NCBI GenBank assembly: GCA_963749595.1
Contig: CAVVNJ010000003.1
Span: forward strand, 25,532 to 89,531
Direction of reading: 5' to 3'
Length of the DNA stretch: 64,000 nt
Source: Candidatus Woesebacteria bacterium
Lineage (GTDB): Bacteria; Patescibacteriota; Microgenomatia; UBA1400; UBA1396
The notes below the pieces were generated by a model. The model did not search any database. It had not been told where the DNA came from and worked only from the letters and a program-made list of their open reading frames with translations. This document shows, piece after piece, positions 10,568-19,790 of the stretch. Each line of letters starts with the position of its first letter. Within the stretch, counting starts at the first letter, position 1. The translations under genes were made by a program, and so were the position numbers.

Positions 10568-10976
10568 TTTTCACGTTCCGCTTCACGAGTTTGGGGATCT
10601 ATATCCTCCCGGCAATTTGCGCCCGAAATGATCCGTAAATGTTTCGGAGATGTTCCCTTAATGTTCCTCCATTGGTCCTGGTTTGGCCCTGGTTGGTCGA
10701 ATAAGGATCTTTTAGGTACCTTTAGTGTGCCGACTTTAAATCGGGGACTTTATGCGGACCTTTTACGGACCATCAATTTCAGAGATTTCGATCTGGACTC
10801 AAACAGTCCCCAAAAAGTCCCTAGTTTTAAGTTGGCACCGAAATGGCTCAGAAAGAGTCCCTAAATTACCATTCTGGACGTAAACGGTCCCTGAATGTTC
10901 CTCCCAACGGATCTTCCCTGTGCCATTACCCACCCATTTTGGGCGCAAGTTGGCGGGAAGATATATGTTCCCAGCC
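10568..10976. repeat. Intergenic element (~0.4 kb) bounded by terminal inverted repeats, MITE-like, related to the element at 57141-57779
   Basis: The left end 10589-10630 (gtttggggatctatatcctcccggcaatttgcgcccgaaatg) matches the reverse complement of 10935-10976 (ggctgggaacatatatcttcccgccaacttgcgcccaaaatg) at about 80%. The 43 nt at 10568-10610 match 57141-57182 at about 88%. There are internal direct repeats tccct(t/g)aatgttcctcc at 10655 and 10889. Confidence 0.65.
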
Positions 10977-11028
10977 ATAAACTCGACTACAAAATGGGAG
11001 AGATGTTGTTTAAGAGGGTGGAGCAAGT

Positions 11029-11985
11029 TTACTTTTTCGGGGACTTCCGATTTACCCAGGCGACGATGGCCATGATGATGAGCCAGACCCACCAGAATAC
11101 GGGCAGATTTTGTGCTGGGTAGAGCCGATCGATTAAGAGTTGAGCCGTTTCCGCCGGTAGGAGAGCGACCATTCCCAAGGCATAAGTCTTCCCGAACCGC
11201 AAGCGGGTGCCAGCAAAATAAAAGAACGCCTGCGCGACCCAGGAATAAAAAATCAGTCCGATTAATCTGGCGGCCAGCAACCCAACCCAAGAGAAAAGGA
11301 AATGGGAAATAATTAAGGATTGTCCAATGACGGCCAGTATTTTTCTGATTTGATCGTCAAAGTTAGGTAGATCGTTTTTGGTCAGTCGCCAATTTTGGTC
11401 GCCCAGTATTTCAGTGAGGGGGACGGTTGACTCGGCGATCAGGTTCTCACTAGTAATAAATAGCAGGCTGTCATGGGGATTTTCCGGCGGCTGGCGGGTG
11501 TCAAGGCGGAGGAAGTTGGTCGGAAATCCCGGTCGATTCGTCAGCGGAGCGGGGTAGGGGAGAATGATTACTTGTTCCGGATCAAGCTGGAGTTTTCCCG
11601 ATTGATATTCAGCGTTAAGATTTTCCGGCCAATTTTGTTTGATCTTTTCCCAAGATCGTTGCCAGTCATTTTGCCAGGAGGGGAGGGTCCGCCAACCGAA
11701 ATCGACGGTAGTGGCCAAAGAGAAAAGCGCATAAATGACCCACAAGCAAAAGGCAACCAACCAACGGGACAGCTTGAGGGTTTCCGGATAAGCGGCAACG
11801 TCAGATAAAGCCGCCCAGTACAGGCGAATCGGGAAGAATAATCGGGTAAGCAAACGGACATGGCTTTCCCATTGTAACCCGGACGTGTAAAATAGGGGAA
11901 ACGGAGGACCGAAGATGTATCTGGATGATTTTCGCGAGAAAGCCCAAAAAATTATCGAACATCTGAAAGAGGAGCTTCGCGCCAT
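11029..11985 (-). CDS. Polytopic membrane protein of unknown function (true start probably internal, about 11853)
   Basis: 318-aa ORF with several hydrophobic helices (LVAFCLWVIYALFSLA, IISHFLFSWVGLLAARLIGLIFY, VFWWVWLIIMAIVAWV). The annotated 5' end overlaps the divergent frr start, so it is likely over-extended. Confidence 0.6.
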   Translation of the reverse strand: MARSSSFRCSIIFWAFSRKSSRYIFGPPFPLFYTSGLQWESHVRLLTRLFFPIRLYWAALSDVAAYPETLKLSRWLVAFCLWVIYALFSLATTVDFGWRTLPSWQNDWQRSWEKIKQNWPENLNAEYQSGKLQLDPEQVIILPYPAPLTNRPGFPTNFLRLDTRQPPENPHDSLLFITSENLIAESTVPLTEILGDQNWRLTKNDLPNFDDQIRKILAVIGQSLIISHFLFSWVGLLAARLIGLIFYSWVAQAFFYFAGTRLRFGKTYALGMVALLPAETAQLLIDRLYPAQNLPVFWWVWLIIMAIVAWVNRKSPKK

Positions 11986-12472
11986 TCGGACCGGTCGGGC
12001 CCAACCGTCGCTGATTGAAAACTTAAACGTGCTGGTGACCGCTTATGGCGGTGCCTCAATGCAGTTGCGCGAACTGGCCGCGATCGCCGCTCCGGATGCT
12101 TCCTTACTCACGGTGCAGGCCTATGATCCTGGTGTCATTACGGATATTGAGAAAGCCATCCAGATCTCTAACTTGGGTTTGAATCCGGTGGTCGACCAGC
12201 AGTTGATCAGACTGTCTTTGCCGCCCCTGACCGAGGAACGTCGTCAGCAATTGGCCAAGCTGGTCGATCAGAAGATTGAAGAAGCCCACGTGGCAGTTCG
12301 TAATCAACGGTCTGATTCCAAAAAAGACATCGAGGGACAGAAAGACGAAGCCGGGATCAGCGAGGACGATATTTCCCGCGAGCGCGACGAGCTGCAGAAG
12401 ATTGTCGAGGAGTTTAACGTGGTTATCGAACAGATTGGTGAAGATAAAAAAGCGGAACTAAAACAAGTTTAG
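11915..12472 (+). CDS. frr: Ribosome recycling factor
   Basis: LKEELRAIRTGRAQPSLIENLNV..YG, LNPVVDQQLIRLSLPPLTEERRQQL and AVRNQRSDSKKD. Confidence 0.95.
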   Translation: MYLDDFREKAQKIIEHLKEELRAIRTGRAQPSLIENLNVLVTAYGGASMQLRELAAIAAPDASLLTVQAYDPGVITDIEKAIQISNLGLNPVVDQQLIRLSLPPLTEERRQQLAKLVDQKIEEAHVAVRNQRSDSKKDIEGQKDEAGISEDDISRERDELQKIVEEFNVVIEQIGEDKKAELKQV

Positions 12473-12482
12473 GTAAGCAGGC

Positions 12483-13592
12483 ATGATCATTGGCACGATA
12501 CTGTGGTTTTTGCTGATTTTGTCTTTTCTGGTGGTGATCCACGAGCTGGGTCATTTCTTGGCGGCCAAACGAGTCGGCGTTCATGTGCCGGAGTTCGGTT
12601 TGGGCTATCCGCCGCGGTTGCGGCCGCTATTTAAAAAGTGGGGAACGGTTTTCTCTCTTAACGCGATTCCTATTGGCGGGTTTGTGCAGCTCTATGGAGA
12701 CGACGCCGAACAGATGGCGGGGAAAAGCGAGATCGGTATTCCGGAGGAGCAGATGTTTGCCCGAAAAACCCAGGTCGAGCGCCTGTTTATTATTTTGGCC
12801 GGCGTGGTCGTGAATTTTGTTTTTGGAGTTGTGGCTTTCGCTTTGTTGTTTTCCTTTGTTGGTATCCCGACCCCTCGGGGTTTTACTGAGATCACCGAGG
12901 TGACTGAGTCGTCCCCAGCCCAAAAAAATGGGCTCCAAGCTGGTGACCGGGTGATTAGTTTTACTTTTGGCGAGGAGACTGAAATGATTGCTACCTCGCA
13001 ACAGTTAATCGATTTAATCGGGCTTCATCCCGGCGACACGGTCAATCTCACCGTTCAGCGGGCTGAGCAGGAGTTGGATTTTTCCGTCCAGTTGCGGTCC
13101 GAGAAGCCGGAGAAAGACGGTTTATTGGGAGTCGGCTTGAACGATACCGAATTTAAATTTTATCCCTGGTGGCAGATGCCGCTGCGCGGAGCTTGGCAGG
13201 GACTGCAGGACTCGTTGGTTTTGGGCCGCTTGGTATTACTATCGCTCGGCGACATGGTTGGCCGATTGTTGATTCGGGGAGAAATTCCGAAAGATATTAC
13301 CGGTCCGGTGGGTATTGTTGATCAAGCGATTCAGACGGGAATTTTGAAACAGGGGATTACCGGCGCGTTATATTTTGCCGGCCAGTTATCGGTGAATTTA
13401 GCGATCATGAATCTTTTGCCCATTCCGGCTCTGGACGGAGGACGGGCCATTTTTGTACTGCTGGAGCGTATTTTAGGCCGCTCCCGAAGAGTGCGGTGGG
13501 AACAAAAGGCCAATTTAGTTGGCTTTATTTTCCTATTGTCGCTTATACTGTTAGTGACCGCCAAGGACATTATTAATCTTTTCCGGCCCTAA
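12483..13592 (+). CDS. rseP: Site-2 (M50) zinc metalloprotease RseP-like
   Basis: A HELGHFLAAK zinc motif, an internal PDZ-like region, a C-terminal NLLPIPALDGG motif and multiple TM helices. Confidence 0.9.
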   Translation: MIIGTILWFLLILSFLVVIHELGHFLAAKRVGVHVPEFGLGYPPRLRPLFKKWGTVFSLNAIPIGGFVQLYGDDAEQMAGKSEIGIPEEQMFARKTQVERLFIILAGVVVNFVFGVVAFALLFSFVGIPTPRGFTEITEVTESSPAQKNGLQAGDRVISFTFGEETEMIATSQQLIDLIGLHPGDTVNLTVQRAEQELDFSVQLRSEKPEKDGLLGVGLNDTEFKFYPWWQMPLRGAWQGLQDSLVLGRLVLLSLGDMVGRLLIRGEIPKDITGPVGIVDQAIQTGILKQGITGALYFAGQLSVNLAIMNLLPIPALDGGRAIFVLLERILGRSRRVRWEQKANLVGFIFLLSLILLVTAKDIINLFRP

Positions 13593-13593
13593 T

Positions 13594-14490
13594 ATGATTG
13601 ATGTGACGCTTTTTTTCCAAGCCGACCAATGGCGGTGGAGTGGCGCGCCATTAGCGGCGGCCGAGGAATTGTCTTGGGAGAGCGGCCAGTATCCGAATGA
13701 TGAACAATGGGTCCGGATACACCGACCAAAGCAGCCGATCAATCAATTGACCCTGCTGGCGGGTTTCCAAGATCAGGAGCCGTTGGATCGGCAAGTAATG
13801 CGTTTATTCATTTTGCTGGAGGCCGCGCGCCGGGCGGCAGAGTCTATTCATCTCTTTATTCCTTATTTTCCCTACAGTTTGCAGGAGCGTGATGTGCGCG
13901 GGGGGGATGCCGCCGCGGCGCGCGTTATGCTGCGGGCTATCGAATCCCTGGGCGTCGATAAAGTAACGGTGGTGGACATCCATAGTCCGCAGTTTATGGC
14001 CGAGTGGAAGATTCCTACCGTTCAATTAAGTGCCAACCGCTTGTTGGCGGATAAAATCCAAGCAATTTTGCCAAGCGCGAATTTGGCTGTGGTCGCACCG
14101 GACAAAGGAGCGGTGGCGCGAGCCAATTCCCTGGGCGAGTTTCTCCACGCCCCGGTTTATATTTTGAAAAAAGAACGGCACGGACCGGGAGAGGTTGAGC
14201 TTCATGGCGATTTGGCTACTTGTCCGGCCAAGCACCTGCTGCTGGTGGATGACATGATCAATACCGGTGGGACTCTGGCCGGTGCCGCCCGGATCGTGAA
14301 AGAACAGTGCGGCGCCGAAGTTTCAGTGGCGGCTACCCATCCTCTTTGTGCCGGCAAAGCGATTGAGAAGTTGCGCGCTGCCGGGGTTGGGGAGATTTTT
14401 GTAACGAATTCGTATCTTTCCTGGCCGCTGAGACCGGAAGCTAACATTGCCCAGCTCCAGATTGCCGACGTCGGTTTGCTGTCGGTCTAA
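13594..14490 (+). CDS. prs: Ribose-phosphate pyrophosphokinase (PRPP synthetase)
   Basis: IPYFPYSLQERD, VVAPDKGAVARA and the PRPP loop LLLVDDMINTGGTLAGAARIVKE. It has an atypical N-terminal ~50 aa. Confidence 0.85.
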   Translation: MIDVTLFFQADQWRWSGAPLAAAEELSWESGQYPNDEQWVRIHRPKQPINQLTLLAGFQDQEPLDRQVMRLFILLEAARRAAESIHLFIPYFPYSLQERDVRGGDAAAARVMLRAIESLGVDKVTVVDIHSPQFMAEWKIPTVQLSANRLLADKIQAILPSANLAVVAPDKGAVARANSLGEFLHAPVYILKKERHGPGEVELHGDLATCPAKHLLLVDDMINTGGTLAGAARIVKEQCGAEVSVAATHPLCAGKAIEKLRAAGVGEIFVTNSYLSWPLRPEANIAQLQIADVGLLSV

Positions 14491-14898
14491 TTAAAACGGA
14501 TTTGACACTTGAATTTCGGAATATCGCCTCAGATGACGGATGTTATCGGTGGCGATTTCGGTAATGTGATTGGTTATTGCTGTGGCTACCAAATAGGCGT
14601 CGAAAGTTTCCGCTCCGCTGACGCGGTATTTCCCGATTAACTCCAAAGCCAAATCGAGAGTTTCCCAGGTTGGAGAAATGATTTTAGCCTGATCGGTAAT
14701 TTCCCGAATCGCCTTGATGGCTAGTTTTGTGGAGAACGGTTTGGGAAAATTAGGATGGGTAAGAATTCGCAAACTTTCCAAAATGTTTTGTTGGGCGAAG
14801 ATTAGTTTTTTTTGCGATTGAAGAAAGTCCTGGGCCGCTTGGTTCTTAGGTGAATCGCTGTTAAGGGAATAGATCAGAATATTAGAATCGATCAGCAT
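14491..14898 (-). CDS. vapC: PIN-domain toxin VapC
   Basis: MLIDSNILIY (first acidic residue), DAYLVATA and TDNIRHLRR. It is 135 aa and overlaps the upstream antitoxin gene. Confidence 0.85.
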   Translation of the reverse strand: MLIDSNILIYSLNSDSPKNQAAQDFLQSQKKLIFAQQNILESLRILTHPNFPKPFSTKLAIKAIREITDQAKIISPTWETLDLALELIGKYRVSGAETFDAYLVATAITNHITEIATDNIRHLRRYSEIQVSNPF

Positions 14899-15112
14899 AA
14901 ATTTTTTCCCGATCTAGATTATCCAATGGCCGACCAAGACTGCGGCTCTGAAAAACTATTTTTCGCGCCTTTTGGCGGCTACCATTTCTGAGATAATCTT
15001 CTAGTGCCTTACCAAGTAAGTCTTGGAAAGAAATATCTAGCTCCAAAGCTTTAGCGGTAGCCGTTTTCTTTAAAGCTGGATGAAGTCGAACTGTGGTGCG
15101 TAATAATTGCAT
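14882..15112 (-). CDS. vapB: VapB-type antitoxin (ribbon-helix-helix-like)
   Basis: 76-aa ORF overlapping vapC by 17 nt. It starts with a strand-helix pattern, TTVRLHPALKKTATAKALELDISFQDLLGKALEDYL. Confidence 0.7.
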   Translation of the reverse strand: MQLLRTTVRLHPALKKTATAKALELDISFQDLLGKALEDYLRNGSRQKARKIVFQSRSLGRPLDNLDREKIYADRF

Positions 15113-15135
15113 AACTGCAGGTTAGCATATTTATG

Positions 15136-16149
15136 TCAATATGTCAACTTTATCGATTCGATCAGCCGGTATGAATCCGTGATCCGCGTTTGCAGGGCTT
15201 GATCGTTTTCTGCCCGTTCAAGTATTTGCTGCCAAGCTTTTTGGGCTGAGTTGTTACTTCCGGAAAACATCACCATATCGACACCGGCCATAATTGCCGA
15301 AACCGCAAACTCAACCGGATCATACTGCCGACGCACCGCCCGCATCTGGACGTCGTCGGTCAGTAACACGCCGGAGAATTTTAATTCCCGCCGAATAAAG
15401 TCGATTACCTTGGGAGAGATGGGAGCCGGGTAGTCGGGATCAATATTGTCGATCACGATCGGGGAGACCATCAGAACCGGTGCGTGCGCCAGCGCAAGTC
15501 GGAAAATTTCGATTTCTTCATTGGATAGGTTTTTGTGCGGAATCGATTGCTCAACATCACCTGGTAAATCACCATAGGAGGGAAAATGTTTGACTACGGG
15601 CGTCACGCCGCCGGATTGGTAGCCCGCCACCATTGCGGTTCCCAACTCGCCCCAGCGGTCGGTAAAAGCGCGGTTTTTCATTCCGGCGTGACGCCCGTCA
15701 GCCTGATCAACAACCGGCGACAGCACCATCGTAATGCCCAGTTTGCGTAAATGCTCCGCCCGCAATTTAGCGATCGCAAAAGCCTGTTCGGCTGAGTTTA
15801 GTTGCGGCTGGCCCAGTGTAGCAGTCGGATCGGAGAGGACGCGGGAGACGACGCCGCCTTCCTGATCGATCGCAATCCAGGCTAGATGGTTGGTGCTGGC
15901 GCTTAGACTGGCCGTTAATTGTCGCAATTGCTCATCGCTGTCGATATTGTGAGCAAATAACACGTAGTTGTTCCAGGGAGGCGAATCGGGATTTGCCGAG
16001 GTGGTTTTTTCCGGAATACCAACCATAAATAGGGCCGCTACTTGATCGCTGAGCAGTGGCAGCTCAATTTGGGAGGGATTTTGACTCGCCAAAAATCCCG
16101 CTAAAAGATAAATAATGGGCAGTAGTAAAGGGCGGGTTAGGTCGAACAA
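15136..16149 (-). CDS. nagZ: Glycoside hydrolase family 3 N-terminal domain protein (beta-N-acetylhexosaminidase-like)
   Basis: IAIDQEGGVVSRV, KHFPSYGD and VLLTDDVQM, plus an N-terminal hydrophobic anchor. Confidence 0.8.
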   Translation of the reverse strand: MFDLTRPLLLPIIYLLAGFLASQNPSQIELPLLSDQVAALFMVGIPEKTTSANPDSPPWNNYVLFAHNIDSDEQLRQLTASLSASTNHLAWIAIDQEGGVVSRVLSDPTATLGQPQLNSAEQAFAIAKLRAEHLRKLGITMVLSPVVDQADGRHAGMKNRAFTDRWGELGTAMVAGYQSGGVTPVVKHFPSYGDLPGDVEQSIPHKNLSNEEIEIFRLALAHAPVLMVSPIVIDNIDPDYPAPISPKVIDFIRRELKFSGVLLTDDVQMRAVRRQYDPVEFAVSAIMAGVDMVMFSGSNNSAQKAWQQILERAENDQALQTRITDSYRLIESIKLTY

Positions 16150-16171
16150 ATAACAACATCATAGCGGAAAA

Positions 16172-16927
16172 GTGTTATTCTGGTTCGAAATGGTAAAGAA
16201 AAAAAACTTCAAATTTCCAACTAAACGTTGGCTGCAGATAGCGATGCTGTTTTTTCTTTTGGCAATGATCCCAATCGGTGTCTGGTTGGCTCAAAGAGCT
16301 CAAGAAGTAAGAGGGCAAGCCTACGAAAGTACGTCTGGTCTGCCTTCGTCTATTTCGAGTGGGTGTTGCGACAGTGACGGACAATGTCAGGGCTGGTTTG
16401 GACTAGCATCGACTTGTTCGCAAGGTAACGGCGCTTGTGCTTCGGCTAAACAATGTAAGGGCGGGCAAACTCCTTGTGGAGAAACTTGTAAAGCTACGGA
16501 CTGTGGCCGAAAAATTTGCGGCGGAATTATCTCTTGCGACGGCGGTTGTGTCGCAACCCCAGGAAGGTCGACCGGAACTACTGGAAAAGTGAGAAAGAAC
16601 TGTAATGCTAATGGAGTGTGCGAATCACGAAACGGTGAAACGGCGACTACCTGCGCGGAGGATTGTCGACCTGTTTCGGCGGGTAAATCAACTACCGGCG
16701 GTTCGGCCAAGGAAAACCCACTTGTGGAGTGGTGGAACACCAGGATAGTACCTGAATATCTATCCGTCAGAGCCGGGATTTCAGGGATAATTCAGGAGAG
16801 AGAAAAACAGTCGTGTGCTAACGATCTGCTCACTGAACTTTCTCGCGGCGCAAAATATTGTTTGTACTTTACCTGCAATCCGGGCACCAAGCTGTATGAG
16901 TATGCTGGTACGCGGTTATGCAATTAA
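16172..16927 (+). CDS. Secreted/membrane-anchored cysteine-rich protein, unknown function
   Basis: An N-terminal TM helix (WLQIAMLFFLLAMIPIGVWLA) is followed by a region with more than 25 Cys (CCDSDGQCQGW..CSQGNGACASAKQCKGGQTPCGETCKATDCGRKICGG..). Confidence 0.6.
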   Translation: MLFWFEMVKKKNFKFPTKRWLQIAMLFFLLAMIPIGVWLAQRAQEVRGQAYESTSGLPSSISSGCCDSDGQCQGWFGLASTCSQGNGACASAKQCKGGQTPCGETCKATDCGRKICGGIISCDGGCVATPGRSTGTTGKVRKNCNANGVCESRNGETATTCAEDCRPVSAGKSTTGGSAKENPLVEWWNTRIVPEYLSVRAGISGIIQEREKQSCANDLLTELSRGAKYCLYFTCNPGTKLYEYAGTRLCN

Positions 16928-17096
16928 CAATTATGGTAGAATTAATCACAATACCGCGCAGTGTAAACGCTGCCCCAAAAGCTCCCAACTTTTGGCCCTC
17001 CAGGGAGGTGGATGAGGATCGGAAAGATTTTTCTTAACTCATCCGGCAGTCGGCCGTCATCTTCCGACTAAATGAGCTCGAGAGATCGAGAAACGC

Positions 17097-17160
17097 GAGG
17101 TGGTACCACGGCGTGCGCCGTCCTTGCCAACACCGATTGGTGCGGCACGGGCGGTTTTTT
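17097..17160 (+). promoter_or_regulatory. Candidate T-box antiterminator/terminator in the proS leader
   Basis: gAGGTGGTACCACGG at 17097-17111 matches the conserved T-box sequence GGGUGGUACCGCG at 11 of 12 core positions. An imperfect GC-rich hairpin (17116-17153) plus T6 (17155-17160) follows. Then come the SD aaaggag and the proS ATG at 17179. Confidence 0.45.
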
Positions 17161-17178
17161 AATGCCGAAAGGAGCAAT

Positions 17179-18615
17179 ATGGCCGATAAAGCCAAGAATC
17201 AGATTCATAAAAAATCGGAAAATATGTCGGAATGGTATACCGATGTCATTTTGCAGGCTCAGTTGGCGGATTACTCGCCGGTCAAGGGTTGCATGGTAAT
17301 TCGCCCGTATGGTTACGCACTCTGGGAGAATATTCAGCGGGAGCTCGATCCAAAACTCAAGCAACTGGGTTGTCAAAACGCTTATTTTCCTTTGTTTATT
17401 CCCCAGTCTTTTTTGCAGCGGGAAGCCAAGCACGTGGAGGGATTTGCACCGGAATTGGCGGTGGTTACACACGCTGGCGGCAAGCAGCTGGAAGAGCCGT
17501 TGGTGGTTCGTCCGACTTCGGAAACGATCATGTATGAAATGTATGGGAAGTGGATTCAGTCTTACCGCGATCTGCCGTTGTGCCTAAATCAGTGGAACAA
17601 TGTTGTCCGGTGGGAAAAGCGAACCTACTTTTTTCTGCGTACGACAGAGTTTCTTTGGCAGGAGGCGCATACTGTGCATGCCTCGCACCTAGAAGCTCAA
17701 AAAATGGTTTTGGACGCGCTGAACGCTTACGCCGAATTAGCCGAGGATTTTTTGGCCATACCGGTGGTAAAAGGAGTGAAGAGTGATTCGGAAAAATTCG
17801 CCGGTGCTTTTCAGACTACAACCATTGAGGCGATGATGCCGGACGGCAAGGCCCTGCAAAGCGGTACCAGTCACGATTTGGGCCAAAATTTTGCCCAGCC
17901 GTTCAACATCGTTTTTCAGGATAAGGAGGGTCAAAACCAATACGGTTGGCAGACGAGTTTTGGCTTGTCGACGCGAATTATCGGCGGGCTAATTATGACT
18001 CACGGTGATGACCATGGTTTGGTGTTTCCCCCAAGAGTGGCGCCAATCCAAGTAATAATCATGCCGGTGCGGACCGATGATTATCGGTTGGTCGAGTTCG
18101 CTCACGTGCTGGAGTCGCGTTTGCTTAAGCGCGGCATTCGGGCCAAAGTCGACGAGCGGGAAAAGTTGTCACTTGGTTACCGGATCAACGATGCTGAACT
18201 GAAGGGGATTCCATTGCGTTTGGAAATTGGACCCAGGGAATTGGCGGCGGCCGAGGTTCAAATCGGCGTGCGGCATCTGGGCGAAAAACGGACCTTAGCG
18301 GTTGAGCACTTTGAAGAGGGCGCGCAAAAATTGCTCGATTGGATCCAGCAAGACATGTTGGAGCGGGCGCGAAAACGAACCGCGGAGCAAACCCGAGACG
18401 CTCATTCTTGGGCGGAGTTTGAGGAGATTATGAAGACCACACGTGGCTATATTCGCGCCTACTGGGACGAAACGCCAGAAACCGAGGCCAAGATCAAGGA
18501 GCTGACGAAAGCGACGACCCGTTGCGTGCCGTTGGACGAGCCAGAGAGCGCCGGGGTGGATATTTATTCGGGAAAACCGGCTAAGCGGCGCTGGCTCTTT
18601 GCTCAAGCGTACTAA
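17179..18615 (+). CDS. proS: Prolyl-tRNA synthetase (archaeal/eukaryotic-like class IIa type, no INS editing domain)
   Basis: MSEWYTDVILQAQLADYSPVKGCMVIRPYGYALWENIQ, VVRPTSETIMY, NVVRWEKRTYFFLRTTEFLWQEAHT, GKALQSGTSHDLGQNF and the terminal AQAY. Start set at the ATG at 17179, which has an SD. Confidence 0.9.
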   Translation: MADKAKNQIHKKSENMSEWYTDVILQAQLADYSPVKGCMVIRPYGYALWENIQRELDPKLKQLGCQNAYFPLFIPQSFLQREAKHVEGFAPELAVVTHAGGKQLEEPLVVRPTSETIMYEMYGKWIQSYRDLPLCLNQWNNVVRWEKRTYFFLRTTEFLWQEAHTVHASHLEAQKMVLDALNAYAELAEDFLAIPVVKGVKSDSEKFAGAFQTTTIEAMMPDGKALQSGTSHDLGQNFAQPFNIVFQDKEGQNQYGWQTSFGLSTRIIGGLIMTHGDDHGLVFPPRVAPIQVIIMPVRTDDYRLVEFAHVLESRLLKRGIRAKVDEREKLSLGYRINDAELKGIPLRLEIGPRELAAAEVQIGVRHLGEKRTLAVEHFEEGAQKLLDWIQQDMLERARKRTAEQTRDAHSWAEFEEIMKTTRGYIRAYWDETPETEAKIKELTKATTRCVPLDEPESAGVDIYSGKPAKRRWLFAQAY

Positions 18616-18845
18616 TTAACTTTTTGCAGGATCGGATCCTGCAGCCGAGATAAAAAATAATCATTCTCGGCTAGAAAAATTATAGACGCCAGCATGCGTA
18701 TTTTCTTCGGCTATTAATTGGGTGAATGTTTGATACGATAAGCCCAGTTCTAATTCCCGGTGAGGGGACAAGTATCACCGCTCGCAAGAGTTGGTGATAC
18801 TTTGCTGTTACAATCTCAAAATTGCTTTTCCAGGCTAGGTGAATC

Positions 18846-18858
18846 AAGGTCTGACCTT
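18846..18858. promoter_or_regulatory. 13-bp palindrome AAGGTCTGACCTT in the -35 position of the promoter of the DHH gene
   Basis: The same palindrome (central base complemented) occurs at 3638-3650 and 28306-28318, and a variant AAGGTTAAACCTT at 60007-60019. Here it ends 7 nt before TATCAT (18866-18871). Confidence 0.5.
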
Positions 18859-18879
18859 AATCTGGTATCATACACAGGC

Positions 18880-19734
18880 ATGGATCACCCGAATCGAATT
18901 ATTGTTACTCACCGCAGCCCGGACTTAGACGCCATCGGCGCGGTTTGGTTGTTGAAGCGCTTTCTATCGGCTGATTATGCTGACGCAGACGTACTTTTTG
19001 TTCCAGCAGGACAGGTTTTGGCCGCCGAAACCGCCGCCCAATTCGGCGTGCCGCTAACCAAAGTGATCCATGTTGATACTGGAATGGGGGAATACGACCA
19101 CCACCAGCCGGGCCGAGGTGGCAAACGAATCTGTGCCACCAGCTTGGTTTATGATCTGGTCGTCAAAATTCAAAAAGACAAACTTTACGACCGCGCCTTA
19201 CGTTATTTAGTCGAGTACATTACCTCGATCGACCATTTTGAGGAAGCCAGTTGGCCTGCTGCCGATGACCCGCGCTATCAATTAATGGCCCATGGAATTA
19301 TCGCCGGGGCCAAATACTCCGGCCAATATGACGATGACAGTATGACTCGGTTTGGCGGCGAGGTGCTGGATGCGGCGTATTCGGCTTTACGCGCCGATGT
19401 GAAAGCCGACGAAGTAATTCAGACCAAGGGCACGACGATGAAGATCGGCCGCTGGAAAGTGCTGGCCATTGCCAGTTCTAATGGTGAAGTTGAGAAGCGG
19501 GCCCAAAAAGTCGGTTATGATCTGGCGATTAGAAAAGACGAGGGCTTTGGCAGTGTCCGCATCAAGGCCACGCCGGAGTCGGGGATTGATTTGACTCCGG
19601 TTTATGAAGAGATCCTGAAGAAAGATGCAGTTGGCACTTGGTTTTTGCACAATTCCCAACGTATGTTATTGAACGGTTCCAGCAAAAATGAAACGCAGAT
19701 TGCCCAGCCCATTGTCGTTAACCCAGATCGTTGA
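18880..19734 (+). CDS. DHH-family phosphoesterase
   Basis: IIVTHRSPDLDAIGAVWLLKRF (motif I) and GEYDHHQPG (DHH motif). Start moved to the ATG at 18880. Confidence 0.7.
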   Translation: MDHPNRIIVTHRSPDLDAIGAVWLLKRFLSADYADADVLFVPAGQVLAAETAAQFGVPLTKVIHVDTGMGEYDHHQPGRGGKRICATSLVYDLVVKIQKDKLYDRALRYLVEYITSIDHFEEASWPAADDPRYQLMAHGIIAGAKYSGQYDDDSMTRFGGEVLDAAYSALRADVKADEVIQTKGTTMKIGRWKVLAIASSNGEVEKRAQKVGYDLAIRKDEGFGSVRIKATPESGIDLTPVYEEILKKDAVGTWFLHNSQRMLLNGSSKNETQIAQPIVVNPDR

Positions 19735-19790
19735 GATCGTTAAAGAACAACTCTCCTGAGGATCGTCCCCATGTGGTACAATACGCCTCT

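Noticed and set aside
10628-10864. 78-aa ORF inside the 10.6-kb TIR element
   Set aside because: It has no SD or -10 context and a Trp/Phe/Gly-rich odd composition. It is not related to the RHH ORF of the sister element, so it is treated as non-coding.
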